A DNA stretch of 62,256 bases, counting the filler, from Sphacelaria rigidula (Eukaryota): assembly GCA_964200075.2 (NCBI GenBank). It is 10 parts of 10 records of this genome, joined end to end, with 100 filler letters (N's around TTAATTAATTAA, not from the genome) between each part and the next. Parts side by side here need not be neighbours in the genome. Positions count along the whole stretch, not along the records: positions 31,182 to 37,316 come from CAXNAA020022003.1; positions 37,417 to 43,551 come from CAXNAA020022004.1; positions 43,652 to 49,786 come from CAXNAA020022005.1; 7 more parts are not named here. The stretch is one strand, 5' to 3'. The translations under genes were made by a program, and so were the position numbers. This document shows, piece by piece, positions 34,496-48,135 of the stretch (the stretch's first letter is position 1; each line of letters opens with the position of its first letter). The notes below the pieces were generated by a model. It did no database searches. It was not told the origin of the DNA and saw only the letters and a list, made by a program, of their open reading frames with translations.

Positions 34496-35895
34496 ATATA
34501 TATATATATATATGAACTTGCGTGCACTGTTGACCAGTTGATACCTGGTCTTCTTCCATCACGTCCTATATCACAACCGAAACCATCATGAACACCGCCC
34601 GCGCCGACATGTAGACAACAAGCGAGGATTGCCCCATAGACCAGGGACCATCGGCATGAGGGAATGCCCCACTTGTGGTCTACATGATAAACATGCATAC
34701 GAACGATATGTCAATATAGGCACGTGTACTCTAGAGCAATACTACGGTAGGAGTTGCACTTTTTTAGCGAAAACGTTTCTCGGGGCTGCTCGGGATGTTG
34801 GAAGAGTGATTTTGACAATCGGCATCATTTTAACTTGAAAAAGATGGAAAATGATGCCAATGCACGAAAAGGCCCCTGCGTGCAAACACCCGTGTTTCTG
34901 GGAGTCCGGTCCCTGGAAACTTGGGTTGCACAGTATAAGCCCCATATATACTTGGGCTCCTACAAAAAAGAGACCCAGAAACAGAAAGTACAACCACTAC
35001 TGTAGCATTGCTCTCTAGTGCAGTGCAGCGTAGCTCCGATACAAACTGAAAAATATTGTGTTTCGTAGTGGGGTAACCGGCTGAAAAATTGGGCATTTAG
35101 TACAAAAATAAACGTGGTGTTGTATCGCTAAACACCCTTCCAAACCATACCCGATTGTTGGGGACAGGGCTCGATATCCCGGCGGACAATAACGGAACGT
35201 TCCGGCGCACATTTCGGTATGGTCTGGTGTGTCAACCCAAATCCCCACTTCCGGGTACACTACCCTACAAAACACAACCTTGCAAAAATTTGAACGACAG
35301 GAAACATATATATATATATATATATATACAAGAGTCCCCTTCGGGAGGTTGGTACGGGCCTCCCGCGGGTGACACAAGCCGAAAAAATATGGTAATGATA
35401 GTCTGTGTTCTCTCCTTATGTAGTTGTGATCGTGGCTGTACAAAACATCGGATGGTGGCTCCGGATAAGGTTGACCAACTTGAGTAACACAAATGGAAGA
35501 TTATACAATTGTTGGGCGACAATAATTTCGACATGTGTGGCATGTGCGTAGCTGCTCATGAGCTGTGCATGTTGTGCATGACCTTGCCAAATCTGTTCAC
35601 AGCCTATTGAGAAATGATTATTTTTGTGAGGCCGCTTCTCACAGACTGACTAAAGTCTCTGAGAGAAGTCATTCCGGACTACTTTTCTCAGAGACATTTC
35701 AGTGAAATCTGTTTTCAAAACCCCACCTTTTAGTTTGTAGAAAATCCTGGGGATTTGTACACCCGAGGCCATCATCAAGCCCGCATGAAGACGATGGTAT
35801 AGTATCGTGGTCATCATTTGTATTTTGCACTCGTCCCAACTGCGGTGAACTAATACGTAAATAATCCCGTCGAGGTACAGGATAGATGGGATATG

Positions 35896-35898
<3 letters not shown>

Positions 35899-35940
<42 letters not shown>

Positions 35941-35955
35941 GCACGCACACGCACA
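35899..35955. repeat. (AC)n/(GCAC)n microsatellite
   Basis: Read directly from the sequence. Confidence 0.95.
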
Positions 35956-38476
35956 GTAGCAAAAGGTATTAAAATAATCGAAATGACGGACGTATCAACC
36001 CTTATTTCAGCCGACCGCCGCTTGGTACAGTTGTAGCGTCGCAAGCGTTGCAGTGTGTGCAGCATACGGTTTGTGCCATAACGCACACAACATACTCACG
36101 TGACAGTCAGTAGCGCGGTAGCAACCGTCTCAGTACACAAAATACTACAGAGTTCGAAATCGGTGGCGGGCACGACGAGTATGACACGATGCGAGCAGTC
36201 AACACAGCCAGCATGAGCGCCATCGTGCTATTTTAGAGTGGGAAAGCTTTCGACGAAAAAAGCACTGTACTGTAATGTCTGTCCCCACGGTACTGTACAT
36301 ACAACATGTACGACTACTTTTGGACTGACTGTACTGCACTTGTAGGCGAGGAGTGTGTGATGGAACGTCAATTCCCAGACAAAGAAACATCTCTGGGAAT
36401 CGATGGCTCTTGCCAGAGAGATTTGGACAAATCTCGTTGTCTGAGAATTTGTGAGTTTCCAGAGATTCGCCCCTTTCGTCATGACATGGATGTGGAAGAT
36501 TTGTCATCAGAGGTGTCCCAAACTCGGCTCCCGGCATCCTGGTTTGTCTTGTCCTATTTTTTCAAGTGAAAGTGATGCCGATTCATCAGGAAATGAGACC
36601 CTTTGACCGCCAGGTCATGTCCTCCCATGAATCGCGATCACTTTCACTTGAAAAAATAGGACACCACTCAGAGCCAGCGAATAAAACAGGATACCGGGAG
36701 CCGAGTTTGAGATACGTGAATATCAGATGTGACGCAACGCAAATCCAAGCCAGACCGTAACATGAAAATTTGTGCATGTGTTCATCTCTGCTATCGCATT
36801 CCCGATTACACGCCTCTCCTGATTTCCTCTGAAACCGTGCCAGACGCAATTGCCCGGAAGCCTGTCCCTACCGGTCCAACTACGATATTAATGTAATATT
36901 CACCTCGATCGTGAATACACGATGTGATCCAAACAATCTCAATCTCCGTGACTGACCTATTTGTTTGCATCGACCGTTCCATAATTAATTGCCCTCACAT
37001 TAGCCAAGATTGTTTACTTTCGTACCCGTTCCACAAACCTCAGATCCCGCTGCGCTCCGATCTTTCACCATTTTTCATGAAAAATGGCCCTACGGTATGA
37101 AGGCCAGATGTTTATGGCAAACAGAGTTTTGGGCCACGAATTGTTCACTTTTGGGACCTTGAACCCACGTTTTGACCCCCAAACAGGGAAAATCGCTCAC
37201 ACACGGCTCGTACACTTTGCATCACCCCACAGAGAGGAGCTTAGCCTACTTTTCAGATTCGCTTGGCTCCGAGGTTTCGAGATTGGCCGCTGAACAATAA
37301 GTCGTGTGCAATAATCNNNNNNNNNNNNNNNNNNNNNNNNNNNNNNNNNNNNNNNNNNNNTTAATTAATTAANNNNNNNNNNNNNNNNNNNNNNNNNNNN
37401 NNNNNNNNNNNNNNNNAAGACAGATATGCCACTTCACCCCCATATTTTGTTTGAACCCCAAAATATAAAATCGGCTGTTATATTGTCCCCGCCGCACATG
37501 CGTGTTCAATGCCGTCACGTTTTGGCGCGGCGAGTCTGGGTTCGATTATTCAGACTCCGCACCCCTTGTACGAGTCCCACGATCTGCGGGAAGCAGTCGT
37601 TGCCGCGGGTTCCCTGTCTATCTCGCTTTGTGCGAGCGGGTGATATAAGACAGGGAATCCGTGACCTCGCTGGCGGATACGATGGTGCCATGCTCAGGGG
37701 GTACTTTCACGTCGATTGGGGAGAGACCGTGGCTGAGACCCGCACGCTTTCCGCTGTGGTCGGGGTAGGGGTTTCCCGGCTGTTCACTGTCGCAGACGCC
37801 TCCCTGGTGGCGTGAGCTGCCTAAGCGTCAGCGGTGGCGAGCGTTCGCCGTTTCTGGATCGACCGTATGTTCCCTCGGGAAAACGGCGAAGTGCGATGGT
37901 AGAGCTCTGCATGTCGGTTCGACGGTGACCTTGGCCGGAGCAACAACTTGAAACATCGGGGAGGTAGAAAATTGGGATTCTTTTCACATCGCCGGTGTCT
38001 TCACCGTTTCTTCGTACGAAGGAACCTCACTTGTATCCGGTGACAACGGGGGCACCTTCTATGACCCAGTAGTTCTCTAGTTGGTATTCGGAATCCTGTT
38101 CCGCGCAACAACGCTGCCATTCATGTGAATGCACTGCGTCTCTGTGTATCAACGTGCCCTACCACAACGGCGTCAGAGCTCTACACCTGAAAATCCTGTA
38201 CATCGTACCCGTAGGAGAGTATTTTGTCATCGAATTGCCATCCCGCATCAACATGCGTACGCTGCATGTGAGGACGATGAGGAACCAGCATCAAAACTAA
38301 GGCGTCAGCTGCGTTATCTCTGTAGTGCATTCTTAAATTTTACTCACGAACACAAGCAGCGAGATGAGACAGTTGCGCACGGGCACAGTATCTTACGGAC
38401 GCTTGTTGCACGGGCAACGCGTCTTTCCTATGTACATGTAACGGTAGAGTCAAGCCCGTCTATCGGCCTCGGGGCA

Positions 38477-39978
38477 TCATGCTTTGGCAAGGATGTACAG
38501 GTTGCCGTTTTTTTTTTCAAAGGATCGCGCAGTCAAGATGCGCATATCTTGGTCAAGATAAGATAAGGTCCACAGGCCTTCTTGACCGAGCTCCTTCTTC
38601 ACCACTTGAGTGCCCCACAACAAAAACGCGATCGTCTGGAAAATCACCTGTAACCGTTAAAACAGGCAAGGGACGAAAACATAATTAGCTAGGCAAGGAG
38701 TAAGTCGCGGAAGCTGGGGAGAAAAGACTGCTGCTGACAAAACCTATTCGAGATCTAATACCTTGACTACATATAACACGACACCTACATCATCGATAGG
38801 GCATGTTTTTACGAACGACCGGGTATGTTATGACCCTCTGGCAATCTTCATACAGCCACCTAGTGTATCTGTCACATGCAGTGCGGTACTCCATACTGCC
38901 CGGAGCGCGGTGCTCCTAATGACGACACAGCTTCCCAGGAACTCAAGACCCAACACAGCACTAGTTTCATCAGTGTTCTCGTGATCAAGTCGATATATAT
39001 TCAAGTTCTATGGATGAGCGTTAAAACGTGGCGCATACAAGATACTCTCAGCTCAGAAACCGTCGCGACAAACGGTCCAACATGCGGTTCGCCGGACGGG
39101 GCTAGCCCGCGATCGTATCTCTTCGCAGGCGGGCTTCCTGAACACTTGTTGACAACTTTTCATTCACCTCCAGTCTGCTGTGAAAATCGCGACGAAACTA
39201 TCGACAATGAGTACCATGATTTAGCGCACTACCCCCCGATGCCCCTGGAAGTAACATTTTCCGAGTTGACCCCGGGTACACGTGATCGAAAGTAGCGACG
39301 GGCAAAGAAGTAGAACGTTCGCGAGCAAATGCCTACCTTCCACTGCTTTTGGTTGATGACTTCCCAGGTGGCATCAAGCCGGCCAGTGAGAGGTCCCAAC
39401 CTGACGTAGTTGACGTACAAGCCCTCTGCAATGTCAACTTCCTGCTGAACTTTTCCAATAAACGGGCCTAACTTGCCTCCAGAAGACCCAGAAGTGGTTG
39501 TGTATACCAAATCCCACATACCTATCAGCGGTTTGTGCGACGGAGACATCATAGTGAGTGCGTCGGTGGAGGACCGATTCCACGCTATCTTATCATAGAA
39601 ATGAAAACGTTCTGGAACATTTGACGAAAAAAAAAAAAAAGTGTGCACAGGCAAAAACATGAAGTGCCCGTGGCTACCTGGAACAGTTAATCCAAACCGC
39701 TGTTTCAGCTTCTCGCGATTCAAGAGTTACGCGGTTTGAGCTGTTATAGACCGCACACATGCACAACGTAGGGAGAAAACAATCGAGATATGTGTGTATG
39801 ATAACAGCAACACACAATTACCGGTAGCAATCTCTGATGTGGTGATGTCCGTGGTCGGATTGAGGCCGACGAGAGCGTTGACCGCCTCAGCGATGTTCTC
39901 TCGTTGCTCCGGAGTGGCTTCAAGGCCATTGGAAGTGCCTTTTGACTCCTGGAGGATTTTCGCTTTCAAGGCGTTTGC
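38477..39978 (-). CDS. PAP/fibrillin (plastid lipid-associated protein), last three exons
   Basis: Exons 39978-39822, 39521-39337 and 38647-38477 are GT-AG with phases 1 and 0. They read ANALKAKILQESKGTSNGLEATPEQRENIAEAVNALVGLNPT...G|MWDLVYTTTSGSSGGKLGPFIGKVQQEVD...QWK|VIFQTIAF...LWTLSYLDQDMRILTARSFEKKNGNLYILAKA*. LNPT, WxLxYTT and YLDxxxRI are PAP_fibrillin motifs. The 5' exons are unresolved. Confidence 0.88.
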
Positions 39979-41694
39979 CTGAACAATGACGCACGTCGAG
40001 GGAGAAGTATACCAAGTATATATGTGGCAACATTTGCACAACAGTTCAGCACACAGGTTCAATTTAACTCATCTCGTGGCCGTAACAAAACGAAGGATTC
40101 CCCGTTCATCTCTCGCGGAGACGTCGTCGGAGACGATCGCCTTTGGAATCGATTGCTTATTGGATTCCTCCGGATCGATTTGTGGCCCTTTGTGAGCGTG
40201 ACCGAAGCTGTGAGGTAGTCTGGACAACATATAGCGCGCTGTGGGCTGCCATGGCCGAGTTTACCACGCGGCATGGAGAAATATCAGGGAGACGCCTCAT
40301 GAACTACGCACAGTTGCAGCGAGCGCGTATCAGCTCTGACACGAGCTCTTGTGCAGCTATGCTCCCAGGCACTGACTTACTCACAATCGTTTCAGTATTA
40401 GCGCAGCTACATCGTTCTCGTGCCCATGGATAACAAGAAAATGACCCACTGGATGTGTTTGGCTCTATTTGCCTTCGGTAGGGTGGGCACAAAACGGATC
40501 GGGTCATAATCAATTCTGCGAGAGTACGCCAACACAAAGTGCAGGATACGCGGAAAATCGACAGCTATGGGTGAAGCTATACTTCATTGAATATCAAGAC
40601 TATCGTAGTTCATCAGTATGATTGCTTCATTTCGGAGGATCATAGACCAAGAAAATGTCTCCAGCGCTCCGTTCGAGGACAGATTTTCTGAAAACTCGTC
40701 AATTTGTTTCGTTTAAAAGGCAGTCTTACGGCCTCTTAGGACCTACAGCAGCGGGCACTTTTTCATGTGCAAACGGCAAATGTCATGCACATGTCAGTGC
40801 CCAACTTAGAAGCGAACAGCCGAATTATTTACCAGGCACGTGTAAAATATCTAATGCCAGAGTCCACAGCGAGGCAGAACTATATCCAGCACCTCGACCT
40901 TTGAAAGAGAAGCACAGCGTGGGCCAGGTACCCAGTATGATAGTGAGGGCTGTTCCAAGCATTCGGGACCCTCGATATATGGGGCATACCCCACAACACT
41001 CTTTCGTACATATTCAATATACTCTTATCAAAATTCCTGATATATTGTCGTTATCACGCACGCTTGGGGTGTACTGTACAGCTGGCACCCAAACCTTTCT
41101 TCTCTGGGTTGGGCGGTAAACTCTCCTACCTCGCGGTCGACTGACCAACGACGACTCGACGTGTATGGTCGGGGCAGTGTTTGACGATGTACGTGTTTCC
41201 CTGCCGCTGCTTGGAAGATACGGTGCAGTCTTAGGCTTTCTACCCTGCGGTAACATGCAGTATGCTGCATGAGGCAGACTGTACTGTACTGTACTGTACT
41301 GACTGCACTTCACTATGCTGAACTGTACATCGCGGACACGCGTCAAGCGGCGGGCATCTGGGAGCTCGAGAAGGCACGTATCGCAGAGTATAGTGGTACA
41401 AGTTGAAAAAACATTTTCGATCCAACTTTTTCATGTTTTTCGGTTACCCGACTCATGACGGTTTCTGTTCGATACCAAACTTGAGGAATCGAAAGACATG
41501 AGTATCCGACACAAGTTTCCCGGATGAATTTTCCACAACAGTTTTGGAACAAGCTACGGACTCATCGGTTATTGGGGGTCCTACGAGTGTACAACCCTCT
41601 GTTCTCGCCCTTCGGTATTGTCGCTCGACCGGAACGATCCGGATCGCTATAATAAGCAGTCCTATGGTTCATAGGCATGGTGCGCACTAGAATA

Positions 41695-41768
41695 TACCGC
41701 CGGAGGGTGGTGATCCCTCGTCTCTCTGTGGACAGCAGAGTGCTCTCTGCCTATTGAGCTACAACGAC
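41695..41768 (-). tRNA. tRNA-Asp(GTC)-like cloverleaf, probably a pseudogene or SINE head
   Basis: GTCGTTG-TA-GCTC-AATAGGCAGA-GAGC-A-CTCTG-CTGTCCA-CAGAG-AGAC-GAGGG-ATCACCA-CCCTC-CGGCGGT-A. All four stems pair, with four G-U pairs in the acceptor. The T-loop is non-canonical and no oligo-T terminator follows. Confidence 0.55.
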
Positions 41769-42917
41769 GCGTTGAGTGACAGGGCTCGGGAAACTTCGGC
41801 AGGGACGTGTGGAGGTACACACAGGAGTAAGACAATGTGCGAGGGGATAGCCTCGCATCTCGTCACGGACAACAGGGACAAAAAACGAATCGAGGAAATA
41901 TCATAGAAAGTGCTTGGTAAGGTTGTGCGTGACGTCATTGAGCCCGGAGCGTACACATAGCTCCGTGGCTACAAGACTCAGAGACATCTCTCCGAGAGCA
42001 GTGTAGCGGAGAACGTGAGGAGCGGTCCTCATGGCTAGGGGTTTGCTATGGACAGAACTAGGAAGCCTTTTGGGTTCTATGAACTGAACCAGAAGGCATG
42101 CTGGGTTCGCAGAACTGGAATTCACATCCAGGTTTTGTTCGATATTCATCGCGCTACACATTGATCATACACGGACAATAACACCCCCTCGATAAACTGG
42201 TGTACTCCGTATGGTTCAGACAACACAAAAGTGGGAGATGTGCCCTGAGCACGAGCTTCTTATTTTTCCTACGCCTGCCGACTTTTGATAATTCTAGTGA
42301 GGTTAGAAATAGTCGGTGAAAACACCCATATTTAAACTTGTACTGCTGTAGTATAGGACAGGTGCAATCGGCGAAGCGGCGAAATGGGCGGTCGTTGGCG
42401 AGGGGTGGATGCTTGACCGCACACGCGCGAGAATATCACTGCGGCAATCATCGTGTCCTACGTACCTCATGGTTCATGTTACAATACGGTCAACAAAACG
42501 TTCACATGGGCACCAAGGTCCTACACGCGGAGGCTATGATCCAAATATCTCTCTCATTGTGTTGACAATACCTCCCTTTTTGTGTTTTGTCAATTCAAGC
42601 AATGGCATCTAACTCTTGGGACCACCAAGAATTTGCTGTATTTACTACAGAATAGCTATATCCAAAAATCAACACACAAGATAGTGCATTGGCACACACG
42701 AACCCTGAACGGACTGAATCGCGGTCGAGACGTTGATGGTACGTTCAGCTTTCCTCATATTAATTTCTTCCGTATCAAATTGCATGTTCGGAGTGTCATT
42801 GCTTGCTTGGCACATACACTACAGCACGGTTTGAAAATGTTTAAGGAAAAGCGCTTTGTTCTCCCTCGTTCGGTCGTGCCTCCTCCCCCCGCCCTCCCCC
42901 CTCCGGCGATTTCGGGT

Positions 42918-43355
42918 GGGACACCTGGACCAGCCAGAAAGAAGAGATATACCGGTAGTCAAGAGGAGGAGGAAGTAGATTTACAGGATTGCCCCTGTGG
43001 CAAAGCAATTGAGAGCAGAACTCTTACAGTGGCAGAATGTGAACTATACAAGGAGGAACGGGACGTGCTAGAGGGGGAAATGCGGGACGTGAAGGTGGCA
43101 TGAAATCGTTTGATGCATTAGACAGTAGGGAAAAGAACGATGGCTATACTACTAGGAGATGAATGGTGGCCACAGACGGCGAAACAGGACGGGGATAAGA
43201 TATGTAACGGTTTTAGTGTAGTGTGAGGGAAAAACGTAATGAGTACCAGAATGTTGGAGGCGTCTCTATCAGGAGTACGAACGATGCTCCGTCTCGAAAG
43301 GGATACGACCTAATGGTCAAACGACTAAGGTAAGCAACAAATGAGTACGTCCCCA
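42918..43355 (+). mobile_element. 5'-truncated LINE fragment, same family as 31730-32880
   Basis: RKKRYTGSQEEEEVDLQDCPCGKAIESRTLTVAECELYKEERDVLEGEMRD, then GDEWWPQTAKQDGDKIC and the conserved 3' tail. Confidence 0.85.
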
Positions 43356-44312
43356 TTCGGCGATCGGCCCTGGTCCGTTGAAAGCCCGGCGTGCTCCGTC
43401 CCGATTTCGTAGGGATGCGAGGTTGCGAAGTCGATGGTCGTATGACTTCGGCATGCAAAGTCATGAGTACGCCATCCCCCCCCCCCTCCCTGGATGGTTA
43501 GACATCCATGAGGCAGTGTATAAGCCGTGGCTGTCTCTGGAAGTGGCGATANNNNNNNNNNNNNNNNNNNNNNNNNNNNNNNNNNNNNNNNNNNNTTAAT
43601 TAATTAANNNNNNNNNNNNNNNNNNNNNNNNNNNNNNNNNNNNNNNNNNNNGCGATCAACTTTTTTCTCCCTTTTGGGTAATCAGGCCGAAGAAATCGTG
43701 AATTTGGTGATTTTGAGTCGTCGTGATGATTTAACCGTGCTAGATTTTACAGCAGCAGCTGGTCCTTGCGGTTAGTGAAGTAAGTTACTTGAACTTGGAG
43801 AGGGGGGGCAACTTCCTGTTGTACTCGAACTGGGTATTATTGATGAACCACACGTCACTTGAGGCAATAAATCAAAGAAATAAAAAAAGGCGACCTCTAA
43901 TAAATATATGTCATGCGTTTGTGTGGGTCCTCCGCGGCGGTGTTCTTATTACAACCCTTTGCTGTGGGCGTATTGTCAGCGTGTCAGAAGTGAAGTTGAG
44001 GCAGGTTCGGACACCCACGGGCATGTCGCGCGGACCCCGTATTCCTTCTATCCTTTTCTGGCTGAAAAAGTGGTGGGTATACCCGTTTGACCTTCTATGT
44101 TCTACTGTATTGTCAGGCACTGTCTGGTAGTCTGTAATCAGTACGTAGAAGATGACCCCAAATAATCAGTGCAACGCAATGCACCAGGTACGTCATACTC
44201 TAAAGCGTGATATATACGTCGTATATATTTACCCTTGATGCCTTGTGCTGCAAGGTTGCCGTATTTTTTTTCAGCAGCGCAGGGTACACAGTAGTAGCAG
44301 CGTCTCCGAAAC

Positions 44313-47300
44313 ATGGCGCAAACCAAGAGAGACAACGATCCGCGGGAGTACTCGGTAGAGCCATCTAATGTCATCGAGGAGAAGGAGGACGAGGAGAACG
44401 TCAAAAGTAGCAACACCAGCACCAGCACCAGCACCAGCAGCAGTAGTAGCAGTAGCAGCAACTGCTGCAACGATGCTGTACGAGTACAACATCCTGGTTC
44501 TCCCGCAGGTGATGTAATGACCCCCGCCGTACCCCCAGTGCAACTAGACGAATCCCCTTCGGCAGACCAGCTTTGCTCGAACGTTAGGAACGCGCTGCAA
44601 CAAGGTGAACAGCAGCGACAACAAGAGCAAGATGAACTGCAACGAGAGCAGCAACATCAGACGCCGGCTATGCGAGATAGTCGACAGCAACAACAACAAC
44701 AGGCAACGGCCGATAGCATCAATCCCACGCCCAATACCACCACCCGGACTTTGCCAGTATCTCTCTTCATCGACGATCCAACTTCTCCGGTAGCACCGAA
44801 CAAGGTCGCTTCTACTGCTGCTGCTGGAGCCGTAGTACTCGACGATGACGATGCTGAAGAATTTCTTTACGCCGACACCATACTGAGCGACGACGATGAG
44901 CATTGGCTGTCCCCTACCGCCGTTGGCCACTACGGTGGTGGTTCGGGGATGGGCAGCGATGGAGGCAGCGAGTTTACCTGGGACGAGGATTCGATCAAGC
45001 CAAGCGAGGCTCTCACGCCGGCACTGCGAGGGGTGCACGCAGCCGCAGTGGAGGTCATGCGGAGGAGCTCTAGGATGTTTGAGACTTTGGGTAAGGGGCA
45101 GATGGTAGCGTGAGGTGGTGTTTGTAGTGCGTGCGGATATAATTGTACATGTTGGTACATGGTGCAACTAGTTCATCCTCCCGTTCGTTGCTGCTGTTGT
45201 GCTGCTCTGTACGATTGTTCGCTGCTACTGTTCTGTATGTCGCCGTTGTGCTTTCCGGAAGCGCTTTTTTGCTCGAGCATGGGAATGGGGGGGCTGAGGT
45301 TGCGTGGGTTAGCCCTTTCACCGCCTGTGTTGGTCAGTTGGGTGTTACGCTTAGTTTCCGAGTGGGCGTGGTTCCGATTCAACGTATGAACCGCCGTGTC
45401 GGTCAGCGCAGCTATCCTTTGAGTGCTCGCGGCGCTCAGTTGGACAGCACAGTCATTTTCTCACGAACATGACGCCGTTCGCAGACTTGGTGTTGTCCCA
45501 CGGTTGAGGAGGATACAGGAGAGGGGAAGAGGGGGTACTACGATTGCATGGTTGGTTTTTGGTACGCTGCGGACGCAACCAGGTACGTATACATATCGTG
45601 AGAGGAGTACCGCATAGGTTTGCTGCGGTTTTCACGCTGGCTTTGGTCGCGACTGCGTGGAAGTACTGTGTTTTGAAGTAGTACTGTACACGTCCTCTGT
45701 ACGTCGTTGGTGTAAAAAAACATCACGTTTTTTTTTTTCAAATATATACGTTCGGTTCAACTTGAGAGCGGGGCCCGCGTGGGCCGCCGCGTGTCTTATC
45801 TACAGCAGTGGGCGGTCTAACTATTCAGGGGTGTTTTATGGTTTTCCTCGCATACTACTCTTCGATAGAACTCGAAATTGCTAGCATCGGTAGATGTTGG
45901 TACAAAAAACAGATTACCCTCGAAACACAGTGCTCAAGTTAGTGTTAATTGTTGTTATCGGGCAATACGAGTAACTACCCCGTTTATCAGGAGGGTGTTA
46001 TTGACCGTGAAACACGGGTTTTCGGCTCTAGTTCAACGGCTATGTAGAATTAAAAACAAACAAACATTACATTTGTTCACAAACATGATCGGCACAGGCT
46101 CGATCGACCGAAAATACCGAAGAGTAAGAACCTGGGCTGAAACGTGGCAGGACCCCCGGTGGCCGGTCAGCCCGTAAGTCAGTTAATATTGAGTACAAAT
46201 GACTTTTGTTTCTTGAAATGTGGAACAGATACGAATATCTTCGGATTCCCAATGCGATCAGCGTTGGCAAGCAAAAAGAGCCCAAGAAAATCGCCAATTA
46301 CGAAAAATTCACAAAATGCCACAAAATGAATAGTTAGGTCGCCCACTACTGTAATTTCTACTACAGTACTCAACTGTATACGAGTATACGAACTATTGAA
46401 GTATCACAAAAACATACGTACTGCGAAGCGTTAACGCCCAGCTCGTGCAGTGATTTTGCAGTATTTACTGTACTAAACTGTTTGTGTATGCGAGCCATGG
46501 CGTCAACTTTAGCGGTCACGTTTGCATTCAGGAGCGGAGGTTTGCTTGCTCCCTCTTTTATGCGGCACTACAGTACAATATATACCGTGAGACCGTGTCT
46601 CGGCAAGCCATTTTTCGATCGAAAAAGTGCGGGGGAAAACGAAAATTCCGATCTGATAGGTCGTGATTTTACCATGAACGAGAAAAATTGTGACTCATCA
46701 GGTCGGAATTTCCTTTGCCCATAGCACATGTTCAAACGAAAAGCAATGTGCTGTGAGACACGCCCTGAGCAGGGCATTTTCCCATCCATACGAGCGTATG
46801 TCGCCTGCATTGCCAACAGTGCAAATTGTCGGTAGAAACAACGCTTAGTTTTCATTGGTGTCTTGCTGATCATGGAACCTTGGGAACATATTGTCAAGGG
46901 TGGTGCTACGGTAGGAGTGAACAAATATTTTTCGGCGTTCGAATGGTTAGGAGCCCTCTATCGATCCAAATACGAGTTATAAAGTATGTGAGCACGCCAC
47001 GATTAGCATTCCCGTGGGCTAGGGATATTCCGAATTGAATTGAAAACGGGAGTATCCTAACCCATATTGTTGTGTACCTTCTAACGTTGGGAGCCCCCAA
47101 ATGCTCAACCACTAATGTAGCATGACTCTACAATGTATCACTGCTAGATACGTTTTTGCCCGGTACGGGGTGGTACGGTTCTTTCAACCAGCGTAGCATG
47201 CGCCAGTTTCCATGCCGCCATGTGGCGTCGTGAAAACAGGTCTATTTTGTGGTAACATTTTCCACCGCGAAGATCCTGAGTGGTCGATTTTCGTAGAGTT

Positions 47301-48135
47301 TCGGGCTTGGTACGTTCATTACGAGATGAAGAAGATAGACCCGAAAGCGTCAACGGTTGTCGATTTGTTGTCGCGGTCAAGGCTTCATCGCACGTACGTG
47401 GATTGAGATCAGCGTGCATTATCGTCCCGCAAGACGACGGGTATAGCACAGCAGTGTGGGTGTTGAATGCTACATTAATCGACCAGTTTGTGTTACGCAC
47501 GCTGTGTGGGAGCAATCAATTCTTCGCCATCATGGAAAATCTCTTTCTGGGTCCGGTTGATATTTTCACTGGAATTACGAACACGACAGCTTAGATGTTG
47601 GTTTCTCGTCCGCGTCTTTTTTTCTTTTCTTTTTTTCGTAAAGGGGGGGTTGAAGTTGCAGGGAGAGAAGGAGTTTTTGACGGGGTGGTGTCGCGCTGCA
47701 GAGTGGTGCACAACGTTTCTCCCTTGCTTGATTCAAAATGTTGCAAGCAACGCCTCTATGCCCCTAATCCAGTCGTTTTGATCAGGTCTCTTGCTTCGGG
47801 AAGCTGGTGCAGCACAACACGCTGGTGTCGAGTGCGTTCATGTGGCGATACCGTGGAAGATATGGATTAATGATCCCTTTGGACTCTTCCCGAGGGAGTA
47901 GAGGGATAGAACATTCACTAAAATTGAGCAGTGAATGAAAGCAGTAACGACGCACAATCTCCTTTTGTTTTCAACAACTCAAATCCCCCCGAATACAACG
48001 TGCCTTGTCTGTGTTTTTCTTCCTTCTTGTGTTGGAACACTAGACTTTAACGGAGAAGGTACAGCGCGCGAAGAGCTGGGTAAGGAAGATGACGATGATG
48101 GTATGCAAGAGGAGGAGCGGAGTCTGGAAACCAAG
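44313..48135 (+). CDS. Acidic/Ser/Gln-rich protein, first exon and probable second exon (partial, function unknown)
   Basis: Exon 44313-45090 runs ATG...TTGG|GTAAGG (phase 1). A compatible phase-1 exon at 48044-48135 follows a pyrimidine tract: cactag|ACTTT...AAG|GTGAAC, reading DFNGEGTAREELGKEDDDDGMQEEERSLETK. Confidence 0.65.
45803..46351 (+). mobile_element. Non-autonomous Tc1/mariner-like element (549 bp), intronic
   Basis: TIRs CAGCAGTGGGCGGTCTAACTATTCA and TGAATAGTTAGGTCGCCCACTACTG. TA at 45801-45802 and 46352-46353. Confidence 0.85.

Noticed and set aside
37500..38096. Minus-strand protein-like stretch downstream of the fibrillin stop
   Set aside because: Multiple stops and no motif. 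It may be a decayed exon but cannot be supported.
40059..40540. Putative 5' exons of the fibrillin gene
   Set aside because: No phase-consistent exon with a canonical donor could be fixed by eye.
44544..45167. 207-aa minus-strand ORF
   Set aside because: Antisense shadow of exon 44313-45090.
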